A stretch of 64,000 bases of DNA from a virus. Both the position numbers and the translations under genes were made by a program. The notes below the pieces were generated by a model. It did not search any database. It was given only the letters and a program-made list of their open reading frames with translations, and was not told the origin of the DNA. Of this stretch, positions 18,988 through 26,759 are shown in pieces. Location: positions 32,001 through 96,000 of IMG/VR virus record IMGVR_UViG_3300042396_000723. The stretch is one strand, 5' to 3'. Within the stretch, counting starts at the first letter, position 1. Each line of letters begins with the position of its first letter.

Positions 18988-19416
18988 ATGGACATACTTG
19001 GTTGGGAAGACTTAGGAAGTATTATCAATTGGTTTTACGAACAGCAGAGACAAGGCAAAACTTCCTTTAAAGTTCAAGAAATGCGCGATAAGTTTAATTT
19101 GAATATTCCAAATTCAAACACCCGAATAAAACGGTTTCTTAAGTTTGGAATCATTAAACCACTAACTTATGGCAGATACGAAATCGAACCACTGTCAGAA
19201 GAAAGAATCCAGGAGATTAAAGACAAAATCATCCCCCCTAATCCCATTTTTAAAACCTATTATTTCAGGGGAAGACAACATACCGTCGAATGGATTTACC
19301 AAAACCAAAACCCCCCGATGACCCTCCAATATTTTGCTCAAAGACTTCAACGGGGTTGGTCACTAAAGAAAGCATTAGAAACACCGACCCGAAAATACAA
19401 AAAAGAGGTTAATTAA
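18988..19416 (+). CDS. hypothetical protein
   Basis: 142 aa. Confidence 0.4.
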   Translation: MDILGWEDLGSIINWFYEQQRQGKTSFKVQEMRDKFNLNIPNSNTRIKRFLKFGIIKPLTYGRYEIEPLSEERIQEIKDKIIPPNPIFKTYYFRGRQHTVEWIYQNQNPPMTLQYFAQRLQRGWSLKKALETPTRKYKKEVN

Positions 19417-19420
19417 CGCC

Positions 19421-19984
19421 ATGACCGCAGCAACCAAGAAGATAATTGAAAGAATCTTAAAAATTGGTGAGTGGGTAGAGATTGACCCACATAAACACCG
19501 CCCATCTTATCTAATAAGAGGTACAGCATGGCGAGTTGAAAGTTTCAATGTATTAAAACAAACCTGTCAAGTAACTAACGAAAAAACCAGATCGGAAACC
19601 CTAGACTTTGAGGAGGTTTCCGACTCATCCCCATTCAAAAAAACAGATATTGTGCAATTAAAAAAGGATAGCCGTTACATCGGACGGGTGATTATGTGCC
19701 GGGGGAATAAAATCAAAATTCAGTGGGCGAAAGGATTGGCAGAATCCTTAGACTCGGACAAGATAAAACTATTTATTCAGATGGTCAAAGGGGAACAAAT
19801 CCCCCTCGGAAATTACGCTTTCCAGAAAGGCGATCATGTCAAAACTACAGACAAGAATTTTGGCAATGTAATCCTCACTGTAAAAGAATGCTTACCCTCT
19901 GGAATGGTGGTGTTGAGTTCATCAAACGATCCTAATTTATTGCTCCCCGGCTGTGGCTTAACAATTGTTGAGGAGGGTTTCTAA
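19421..19984 (+). CDS. hypothetical protein
   Basis: 187 aa; stop overlaps methyltransferase start. Confidence 0.4.
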   Translation: MTAATKKIIERILKIGEWVEIDPHKHRPSYLIRGTAWRVESFNVLKQTCQVTNEKTRSETLDFEEVSDSSPFKKTDIVQLKKDSRYIGRVIMCRGNKIKIQWAKGLAESLDSDKIKLFIQMVKGEQIPLGNYAFQKGDHVKTTDKNFGNVILTVKECLPSGMVVLSSSNDPNLLLPGCGLTIVEEGF

Positions 19985-21015
19985 TGCCAACATTCGCAAC
20001 ATTATTCATGGGCGGAGGCGGTGCAGATTTGGGGTTAGAGGCCGCAGGGTTTAAGTCTTTATGGGGAATTGAAAGAGATCCTAAAATTGCAGAAGTAGCA
20101 CGATTAAATTTCCCAAATACCAAAGTATTTAATTCTTGCGCAGGAGACATAAACCCCCGCAGTCTTCCCTATGTTGACCTGCTTTGGATGAGTCCCCCGT
20201 GCCAACAGTATTCAAACGCTAGACGGGGTAATTTAGGCGATCACAAAGACAAGGACGCGGGGCTGTACTGTAGCAGTTATATCGCAGCGATTGATCCTCG
20301 ATGGGTAGTTTTAGAAAACGTCCCTGGCTACTCAAAATCACCTGTATTCGAGAAAATCCTACAATCCTTAATTCGCCACGGATATCGCTATCATTGGTTA
20401 ATACTTGACGCGGCGGATCACGGGGTTCCCCAAAACCGGAAACGGTTGATTATGTGGGCAGTTAAAAATGATCAACCTCTCCCCTATTTCCCCGAATCAA
20501 AACCCAAAAAGGGATGGTATCAAGCCATTGCTGACTTAATCCCAGAAATGCAGGACTGTGAGCTTGCAGACTGGCAGATTAAGCGACTAAATGAATTGGG
20601 TTATTTACCAGAAAAAGCCTGGATTGATATTGGGAAACAACTCATTAGACAGGCTACAGTTCGGGAGTCAAACGATCCAAGTTTTACTATTGTGAGTGGT
20701 CATGTTAACTCGCATTCTCCTATCCTGTTAATCCCCCGAGCGGGAGCTTGCATCAAGAATATTCTCCCGACTCCACAGAACAAACCCTGCCCAACAATTC
20801 GAGCTATGAAGGATGTTTCAACCCATTGGGCGGACATCGTGCAGGGAAGCCAAATTAAACGAATTAGTCAGAAAGCGACGGCACGGCTCCAGACTTTCCC
20901 CGACTCCTATCAATTCCCAGAATCCAAAACTTTAAGCCAACAAATAATAGGAAACGCCGTGCCTCCGTTATTGGCTAAAGAATTAGGTCTGGCAATCTTA
21001 AAATCAATTAACTAA
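19984..21015 (+). CDS. DNA (cytosine-5)-methyltransferase
   Basis: 343 aa; motif I FMGGGG, PC motif SPPCQQYS, ENV motif LENVPG. Confidence 0.9.
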   Translation: MPTFATLFMGGGGADLGLEAAGFKSLWGIERDPKIAEVARLNFPNTKVFNSCAGDINPRSLPYVDLLWMSPPCQQYSNARRGNLGDHKDKDAGLYCSSYIAAIDPRWVVLENVPGYSKSPVFEKILQSLIRHGYRYHWLILDAADHGVPQNRKRLIMWAVKNDQPLPYFPESKPKKGWYQAIADLIPEMQDCELADWQIKRLNELGYLPEKAWIDIGKQLIRQATVRESNDPSFTIVSGHVNSHSPILLIPRAGACIKNILPTPQNKPCPTIRAMKDVSTHWADIVQGSQIKRISQKATARLQTFPDSYQFPESKTLSQQIIGNAVPPLLAKELGLAILKSIN

Positions 21016-21017
21016 CC

Positions 21018-21461
21018 ATGAAAACATCAACTAAAGCCAAAACCAAACCCGCTAAAAAAGGATTTCAACCCGCCCCTAAAATTCATGACAATGACTTACA
21101 TATATTTTCTTGTGAGTGCCTTTGGTATGACTCAGAAACCGACGAGGAACTATTGACCGAATTGTGGACAGTCAAACTCGATAAACGACGGTTTCGGACT
21201 GATGTCAGGCAAGCCATTATTACGGGGTTGATCTATTGCTTTCTTGAAACACCGGAAGCAACGGAACGGCATATTAACAGGGTGTTTTTTTGGAATAATA
21301 AATCCCGTGCCTATGAGCCATTAGGGGCGGTGTCTGACGCGCCGATGGACGGATCTAGTCCGGTTGATTTTGAAGCCGATCCGGTGGTGGCTTATGAGCG
21401 ATTAAAAGCCCTTTGTGTCGAGATCGAAGTTATCAAGGTTGACGATTGCTTTTGCTCTTGA
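21018..21461 (+). CDS. hypothetical protein
   Basis: 147 aa. Confidence 0.4.
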   Translation: MKTSTKAKTKPAKKGFQPAPKIHDNDLHIFSCECLWYDSETDEELLTELWTVKLDKRRFRTDVRQAIITGLIYCFLETPEATERHINRVFFWNNKSRAYEPLGAVSDAPMDGSSPVDFEADPVVAYERLKALCVEIEVIKVDDCFCS

Positions 21462-21485
21462 CCTTTTAAAAATACACAAATAAAC

Positions 21486-21514
21486 TTGTTTTTTTTGCGT
21501 TATTTGTGTATAAT
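21486..21514 (+). promoter_or_regulatory. sigma-70-like promoter candidate
   Basis: TTGTTT (21486-21491), 17-bp spacer, TATAAT (21509-21514), preceded by TGTG; followed by about 260 nt of non-coding sequence. Confidence 0.4.
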
Positions 21515-21781
21515 GAAAACAGTCAAGAATCAAGGTTTACCAATGTAGTTTGTTGGTAAATAGTTAACCAGTCTAAGCTCTTTACTGAGCTACGTTATTG
21601 GGAAGTGTTTAAGTTCATACCTTGGGATGCGTTGCCAGTTCCAAGCTCTATAACTAAGTGATTAAACAGATGTACAGCAATTAAGTCAGCAATACTGCTG
21701 ATACCCTCTTAATAAGCAGCGATTTCCCACAAATCCCCATAATCTGTTATAACTGGTGAGTAGTTATATGAGGTTGTTTTT

Positions 21782-21982
21782 ATGGTAAGACCCCACGAAC
21801 ACAGGCAAGAAATCAAAGCCAGACTCAAACCAGAAGATAGGGAGAAGTTGAAAGCCCTCGTCGTTGGCATGGGTTATCGTTATTGGAGGCAGGAGTCACC
21901 GGAACCCGCATGGACTGAGTTTTTGGAGGCGATCGCAACGGGCGATATAATTCTTTACAAAAAAGTCGGGGGAGGGGGTTGA
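21782..21982 (+). CDS. hypothetical protein
   Basis: 66 aa. Confidence 0.3.
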   Translation: MVRPHEHRQEIKARLKPEDREKLKALVVGMGYRYWRQESPEPAWTEFLEAIATGDIILYKKVGGGG

Positions 21983-22043
21983 CCTTTTGGGATAAGTGGG
22001 GTACAGTTATAAATGTAGAAGGTTGAAATAAAGGAACAAGACG

Positions 22044-22274
22044 ATGACCACTCAAACCGAGCCAACTAAAATTTACTGCGACCGGAAATTTTCACTTTAC
22101 GACGTAACACCCTGGACAGCCGCAAGGCTGACGAATTTCTTTAACTTGGTTGACGATGGTGAAGACGTGAAACGTGCCGTCAATGGGTTGAAAACCTGGA
22201 AAGGTAGTCAGTCCTACCGCTTGACAATGAGTGACAAAGCTTCGATTGATTACGTTATTGAATGCTACGGTTAA
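22044..22274 (+). CDS. hypothetical protein
   Basis: 76 aa. Confidence 0.35.
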   Translation: MTTQTEPTKIYCDRKFSLYDVTPWTAARLTNFFNLVDDGEDVKRAVNGLKTWKGSQSYRLTMSDKASIDYVIECYG

Positions 22275-22342
22275 AGATTAATTAACCGAGTAAGGTGGCT
22301 GCCCTACTCGGTTCGAAGTCAATCATTTAAGAGGAGTATACC

Positions 22343-22852
22343 ATGTCAAGCAAAAAACAGGTCAAGCAATCTTTAGAACTGACACTAAGTTTAGCCGAAT
22401 CACTAGGGCCATTAACACGGTCAGAAGCTAAAGAGTTTTTTGGATTATTGGGAGAACTCAATAAAGTTTTCAGTAAAGTAGTTGACCCCGATGCTCACGG
22501 CCTAAAACCCGAACCCAGTCCCGAAGTAGTTAAACACCCCATTGATGCCCTACTCAAAAAAGGAAAGGTCGAACTACCAGAGGGACGCTACAAACAACTG
22601 ATTCAGATTCATGACGAGCTTTTAGTCCTCAAGATTAAATTCTTGAGTGCGAAGCAAAATCAGAATGTCACCTGGTTCCCCCTTGAGTGGAACGGGGATA
22701 AGTCAGCCGCGTTGTACTTGTCATCGTCGGAATGGTCTATAGCTCCCATCAAGTACCGAGATGACAACGATTTGACGGGCGAGTGGGAAGGATTTGATCT
22801 TACTGAGTTCATGAGTATGAACTGCCCAGAGTTTGATCAAGACGAATATTGA
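22343..22852 (+). CDS. hypothetical protein
   Basis: 169 aa; AGGAG upstream. Confidence 0.4.
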   Translation: MSSKKQVKQSLELTLSLAESLGPLTRSEAKEFFGLLGELNKVFSKVVDPDAHGLKPEPSPEVVKHPIDALLKKGKVELPEGRYKQLIQIHDELLVLKIKFLSAKQNQNVTWFPLEWNGDKSAALYLSSSEWSIAPIKYRDDNDLTGEWEGFDLTEFMSMNCPEFDQDEY

Positions 22853-22904
22853 TTTCATGGGAGGTCTTACCCTCCCTCCAAGAAGTAAAGCAGGAGAACA
22901 AATT

Positions 22905-23063
22905 ATGCTATATCGCATCACCCGAATCAAAACCGCACCCGACAGAAAAGACCGTCAAGGGTATTATTTAGAAGCCTTGAATGAGTTAGAGGCTTTGACA
23001 AGATTTCATAACCAATTCCCTGAATTTGTAGGGGAAGAATTAGAGTTAGAGGAATGGAATTAA
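22905..23063 (+). CDS. hypothetical small protein
   Basis: Start moved to ATG 22905 (MLYRIT..., AGGAG upstream) from track start 22833. Confidence 0.3.
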   Translation: MLYRITRIKTAPDRKDRQGYYLEALNELEALTRFHNQFPEFVGEELELEEWN

Positions 23064-23088
23064 AAGACCTCTAATTCAACTTAAAACT

Positions 23089-23118
23089 AACCAGGGGTTT
23101 ATATTCCCTGGTTTTTTG
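23089..23118. terminator. intrinsic terminator between convergent genes
   Basis: Stem ACCAGGG / CCCTGGT with 9-nt loop, followed by TTTTTTG. Confidence 0.6.
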
Positions 23119-23122
23119 CTGT

Positions 23123-23719
23123 TTATCTAATCACAGGGACAGGAATAATCCCCATCAGAATGCCAGATATTTCCTGAAACATTCGCGTAGTTGTTTGCGT
23201 TGCGTCAATTATAATCCAGTTATTTTGCCTAGCCAATTCCAGATATCCGAAGCGAACCCGATCTAAAAAAAGCAAGTCTCGTTCAACCTTGTCCAGAGGT
23301 TTGTCGAGATCGCGGCGCACCGCCACCTCAACAGGACAATCGAACAAAATCACCATATCGGGATCAATTCCCCCCGTCGCCTCGTGATTTAGCTTCCTTA
23401 AATTATCTAAATTAAGCCCGTGCCCATATCCCTGATAGGCAAGTGTTGAATCCGTGTATCGATCACACAATACCAAATCAGAATCTTCTAACAAATATCT
23501 AATCGTGGGATTGTGTTTAATCCTATCCTTCAGGATTAATTTAAGCTGCTGCTCCGGCGTTAAACACCCATTCTTTAATTCAAAACGAACGTCATAATCG
23601 CAGGGTTCTCTTGTGATGTAGAACTTTAACTTTAACGCCGTGAAATGGTCGCAAAGTTTTCTAATTTGGGTTGTTTTCCCACTGCGGTCAATACCTTCAA
23701 AAGCAATCAATTTACTCAT
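23123..23719 (-). CDS. tmk: thymidylate kinase
   Basis: P-loop FEGIDRSGKTTQ and DRY motif CDRYTDSTLAYQG; start placed at ATG 23719 (MSKLIAFEG), overlapping the stop of the upstream small ORF (ATGA). Confidence 0.85.
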   Translation of the reverse strand: MSKLIAFEGIDRSGKTTQIRKLCDHFTALKLKFYITREPCDYDVRFELKNGCLTPEQQLKLILKDRIKHNPTIRYLLEDSDLVLCDRYTDSTLAYQGYGHGLNLDNLRKLNHEATGGIDPDMVILFDCPVEVAVRRDLDKPLDKVERDLLFLDRVRFGYLELARQNNWIIIDATQTTTRMFQEISGILMGIIPVPVIR

Positions 23720-23880
23720 TTCATCCTCATCCAATTTTTAATCAAATCATCTTTAATCATACCTTGCCTTATTAATTCAATTATATATTCTCTAGCTTCC
23801 TCCAGTGTCAATATATCCACATTACGTTTAATTATCGCAAGTTTAAATTCTTGCTCCATTGTTAGCTGTGTTGGTTCCAT
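23716..23880 (-). CDS. nblA: NblA-like phycobilisome degradation protein (not in ORF track)
   Basis: My own translation: MEPTQLTMEQEFKLAIIKRNVDILTLEEAREYIIELIRQGMIKDDLIKNWMRMK (54 aa); matches the NblA pattern L-[ST]-x-EQ-x-F ... RQ-x-M and NblA length. Confidence 0.5.
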   Translation of the reverse strand: MEPTQLTMEQEFKLAIIKRNVDILTLEEAREYIIELIRQGMIKDDLIKNWMRMK

Positions 23881-23915
23881 TTCCGTTGTTATAAGAATAT
23901 CAACACATAGATTAT

Positions 23916-23974
23916 ATCAAAAAATATTTTGATTTTTATACCTCTTTAATACAGAATCAAAATATTTTTTTGAT
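23916..23974. promoter_or_regulatory. paired AT-rich dyad elements (operator candidates)
   Basis: ATCAAAAAATATTTTGAT (23916-23933) and its near reverse complement ATCAAAATATTTTTTTGAT (23956-23974), centres about 40 bp apart. Confidence 0.4.
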
Positions 23975-24062
23975 TTACCTGTTGCCAATTGCTCCTGATG
24001 ATGGATTTAATTTGCCAATGCGTATAGTATAGAAATATATAAATACAGCAGGAGATGGCACA

Positions 24063-24272
24063 ATGCGCGACTATATAAACAGAGTCCCCGACTATGGGGA
24101 AAAGAAAAAGCCTCACAATCTGAGTTTGACCGACACGGCGTGGCAACGGCTTGATAAATTAGCTGCGCTCTTGGGAGTGTCCAGGAGTGAGTTCGTCGAA
24201 CGCCTATCCCGTGGAGCGATTGCCCCACAAGACTTACAAGCCTTTTATAAAATTTTTTTAAAAAAAGGTTGA
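24063..24272 (+). CDS. ribbon-helix-helix-like regulator (putative)
   Basis: 69 aa; HNLSLTDTAWQRLDKLAALLGVSRSEFVERLSRG resembles RHH strand-helix-helix; AGGAG upstream. Confidence 0.45.
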   Translation: MRDYINRVPDYGEKKKPHNLSLTDTAWQRLDKLAALLGVSRSEFVERLSRGAIAPQDLQAFYKIFLKKG

Positions 24273-24296
24273 CAATTTCTAAAGTATGCGTATATT
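24269..24296 (+). promoter_or_regulatory. sigma-70-like promoter candidate
   Basis: TTGACA (24269-24274), 16-bp spacer, TATATT (24291-24296), about 30 nt upstream of ATG 24328. Confidence 0.45.
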
Positions 24297-24327
24297 ATAG
24301 AATTTGTAAACGCACAGAGGTAACGCC

Positions 24328-25131
24328 ATGACAACCGCAACCACAGCAAAAACCAAAACCGCAGCAAAAACTAAAACCCCTGAGTGGAAATGGAATAATA
24401 ATCTGGGGTGTGATGCCCTAAAACTCCCTACAAAGGGATGTCACGTTGACAACAGAGGAAACGTCTGGAAAGACGGCGACTCCATTGGTAACGTCACCCC
24501 GTTGCCAAATTCAGTTAAGGTGACACCCCTAGAATGGGTTGTCACCCACGAACAAAAACAGGAAGCCGTTTCCTGCGAAAAGCTACACGGGAGCTACAAA
24601 AAAAACGCGACTCCTGCCCGTCGTAAAGAATCCCCCGATGGGATGCGGGGAGGCAATTCTCAGTGGGGAGAAGTCTCTGGCCCTAAAGCCCATTTTGTGG
24701 CTGATGAGTACGAGGTGATTGTCACCTACACGGCAACTAAAGCCGTCAATCAATTCAGGGAAATTATTGAGGGAAAACCCAAGTTTCCTTCCCCCACTAC
24801 CATTGCCTATGAAACGGGCTATGGGAAAGAAACGGAATATACCGTGACCGAGTTGGCCGTCTTAGACTTGCCTACCGAAAAAGTGGAGAAGGTCTACACA
24901 GACCAACGAAAACACCTCTATGGAGAGGCAATCAAGGTTGTCAAAGAATACCTTGACAATTTAGATAAACCCGTTGAAGGGCTGTTAAAGGTCGGTGACA
25001 GCGTGATTCACCCTGTATATGGACAGGGAACTGTCACAAAGGCTTTCGGGACTAAAAACCCCACCTACCAGTCCGTTTGCGCGGATTTCCCCTGCGGGAA
25101 CAAGATGGTAGGAAAATGTGACCTGATATGA
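24328..25131 (+). CDS. hypothetical protein
   Basis: 267 aa; Thr/Ala/Lys-rich N-terminus. Confidence 0.4.
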   Translation: MTTATTAKTKTAAKTKTPEWKWNNNLGCDALKLPTKGCHVDNRGNVWKDGDSIGNVTPLPNSVKVTPLEWVVTHEQKQEAVSCEKLHGSYKKNATPARRKESPDGMRGGNSQWGEVSGPKAHFVADEYEVIVTYTATKAVNQFREIIEGKPKFPSPTTIAYETGYGKETEYTVTELAVLDLPTEKVEKVYTDQRKHLYGEAIKVVKEYLDNLDKPVEGLLKVGDSVIHPVYGQGTVTKAFGTKNPTYQSVCADFPCGNKMVGKCDLI

Positions 25132-25187
25132 CCTTTTCACTATGATTACCCCACGGAAGCCACAGCTAAAAACAGAGAGGAAAAACA

Positions 25188-25685
25188 ATGACAACTTTCA
25201 CAAAACCAGAAAACCTTTTTGATTCAGTTGATTTTCAAGGATTTGTCGTCGGAGAAGACGACGCGGTAACAACAGTATTGTATCGGGGTCAAGTCCCCGA
25301 TTTTAAGCGGAATAAAAAACAGGTCGTAAAGTTTGACTTCGACCTTCACTGCCTAACGGCAAAACACTGGTTTCTAGCTATAGAGCTATCTACTTCTGAC
25401 CTTTTGTTTAAGGAGGTAGAAAGTTGTCCTGTTGAACTTCCCAATGAGTTCAAGGATTCAGTTGTCCTGCACCCTGTAAACGGGAAAGTGGGCGTTTGGG
25501 TTGCGCCGATGTCACCCACTGATGTTTCGGGTTGGCAAAAAGCTATGGAAACTACAGCGACAGAGGTAAAAGCCTCTGGTAGTGTGAAGTTTCGAGGGCT
25601 TCACAACCTGTTCAACAGGCTATCCCGCGTTACCCCCAAAACAGGGGTTGTTGGGGGTGCTAAATTCCCGACATGGAGAGACTAA
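25188..25685 (+). CDS. hypothetical protein
   Basis: 165 aa. Confidence 0.4.
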   Translation: MTTFTKPENLFDSVDFQGFVVGEDDAVTTVLYRGQVPDFKRNKKQVVKFDFDLHCLTAKHWFLAIELSTSDLLFKEVESCPVELPNEFKDSVVLHPVNGKVGVWVAPMSPTDVSGWQKAMETTATEVKASGSVKFRGLHNLFNRLSRVTPKTGVVGGAKFPTWRD

Positions 25686-25712
25686 AAGTAGCGATCTCAG
25701 GTTAGCTCCTAG

Positions 25713-25737
25713 CACGGTTCGATTCCGTGCGGTCGCA
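25713..25737 (+). other. tRNA 3'-end-like fragment (T-arm plus acceptor strand)
   Basis: CACGG-TTCGATT-CCGTG stem-loop with canonical T-loop, then CGGTCGC-A; I could not find a matching 5' acceptor strand, D-arm or anticodon arm upstream. Confidence 0.35.
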
Positions 25738-25774
25738 TTCCCGAAAGGGATTATTAACTACATAGGCTAAAGCA

Positions 25775-26056
25775 ATGAAGAAACATCAAATCAATGAGCA
25801 ACTTAGTAAGTTATTGAAACTTACTAACTGCTCTAACCTAGAGGTAACGGTTGACAACAACACCAGGGATTGTATGACCGTCTGGAAGCTATGGGGTAAA
25901 GGTGGGCAAATTGCCCAAGCCGAAGCACGGTTTGGATCGGAATATTCTGATCAACCCGATGGTTTTGCCTTCTATTTAGAAGGCTACAACTGGACAGATT
26001 ACTGTCCTACAGTTCAAGATTGTGCCAGCCAACACAAGGAGCGCGCTCTTGTCTAA
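25775..26056 (+). CDS. hypothetical protein
   Basis: 93 aa. Confidence 0.35.
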   Translation: MKKHQINEQLSKLLKLTNCSNLEVTVDNNTRDCMTVWKLWGKGGQIAQAEARFGSEYSDQPDGFAFYLEGYNWTDYCPTVQDCASQHKERALV

Positions 26057-26222
26057 TATGACCCATTATTTCGGCTACGAAGTCGAGATTAAAGATAAAT
26101 CAGGGAAGTACGCCTGGTTTATCTACCAAGACGGGGTAATCATCTTTTCAAGTGGCTACGATTACCCCACAGAAGCCACAGCCTATGACTGCGCTTGCAG
26201 TCGCATTGACACATTATTCTAA
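26022..26222 (+). CDS. hypothetical protein
   Basis: 66 aa; likely starts at an internal ATG (MTHYFGYEV); contains a 23-nt repeat also found at 25144. Confidence 0.3.
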   Translation: MPANTRSALLSNMTHYFGYEVEIKDKSGKYAWFIYQDGVIIFSSGYDYPTEATAYDCACSRIDTLF

Positions 26223-26233
26223 GGAAAAATCAA

Positions 26234-26614
26234 ATGGAAATCATTAACGCTACACCCCATCAAATCGTTATCTGTAGCAACCAAGGGGTTGTCCAAGATG
26301 CAAAGACTAAGCAATTCACAGCTTCGGCTGTTGAGATCCTCCACACCCTGCCACCATCGGGAATCATCCCCCGCGTGGCGATGGGGAATACCGAATCCGA
26401 ACCCATTTTAGGTATTCCAGTCCAAAGCGTTCAATATGGCGAGATTGAGGGACTCCCCCCTGCGTCTCCCGATGTTTATTATGTAGTGTCGGGACTGGTA
26501 GCAGCAGCCGCCGTTAAAGTGAACAGGGCTGATTGCCTGGCTCCGGGTGCGCTAGTCCGCAATTCTGCCAACCCATCAGAGGTGTTAGGCTGTCTTTTTT
26601 TGCAAAAGCCCTGA
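26234..26614 (+). CDS. hypothetical protein
   Basis: 126 aa. Confidence 0.4.
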   Translation: MEIINATPHQIVICSNQGVVQDAKTKQFTASAVEILHTLPPSGIIPRVAMGNTESEPILGIPVQSVQYGEIEGLPPASPDVYYVVSGLVAAAAVKVNRADCLAPGALVRNSANPSEVLGCLFLQKP

Positions 26615-26721
26615 TTGGCGACGGTTGCCCCCGGTGTGGTAGTCATAGGCTGGTTAGATATGGTTACACCGAACACGGTCGCCGCCGAATGAAATGCAAG
26701 GATTGTAATAAATTATTTTAA
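26533..26721 (+). CDS. zinc-ribbon peptide resembling a transposase N-terminal Zn finger (possible relic)
   Basis: C-terminal 31 aa CPRCGSHRLVRYGYTEHGRRRMKCKDCNKLF fits the CPxCG...CKxC ribbon seen at N-termini of some IS transposases; N-terminal part overlaps previous ORF and may not be coding. Confidence 0.3.
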   Translation: MPGSGCASPQFCQPIRGVRLSFFAKALIGDGCPRCGSHRLVRYGYTEHGRRRMKCKDCNKLF

Positions 26722-26725
26722 AATC

Positions 26726-26758
26726 AACCCTCTAAATATTTAGAGGGTTCTTTTTTTG
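26726..26758. terminator. strong intrinsic terminator (bidirectional candidate)
   Basis: Perfect 24-nt palindrome AACCCTCTAAATATTTAGAGGGTT followed by CTTTTTTTG; between convergent genes. Confidence 0.7.
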
Positions 26759-26759
26759 A

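Noticed and set aside
19723-20150. Overlapping alternative-frame ORFs (19723-19935 plus, 19932-20150 minus) around the methyltransferase start
   Set aside because: Out-of-frame or antisense to well-supported genes.
23946-24228. Minus-strand ORFs 23946-24146 and 24007-24228 in the tmk / RHH intergenic region
   Set aside because: They overlap the AT-rich operator/promoter region and the plus-strand RHH gene; Cys/Ile-rich translations look non-coding.
25686-25740. Complete tRNA gene
   Set aside because: Only a T-arm and 3' acceptor strand are present; no complementary 5' acceptor, D-arm or anticodon stem could be folded. Reported instead as a fragment.
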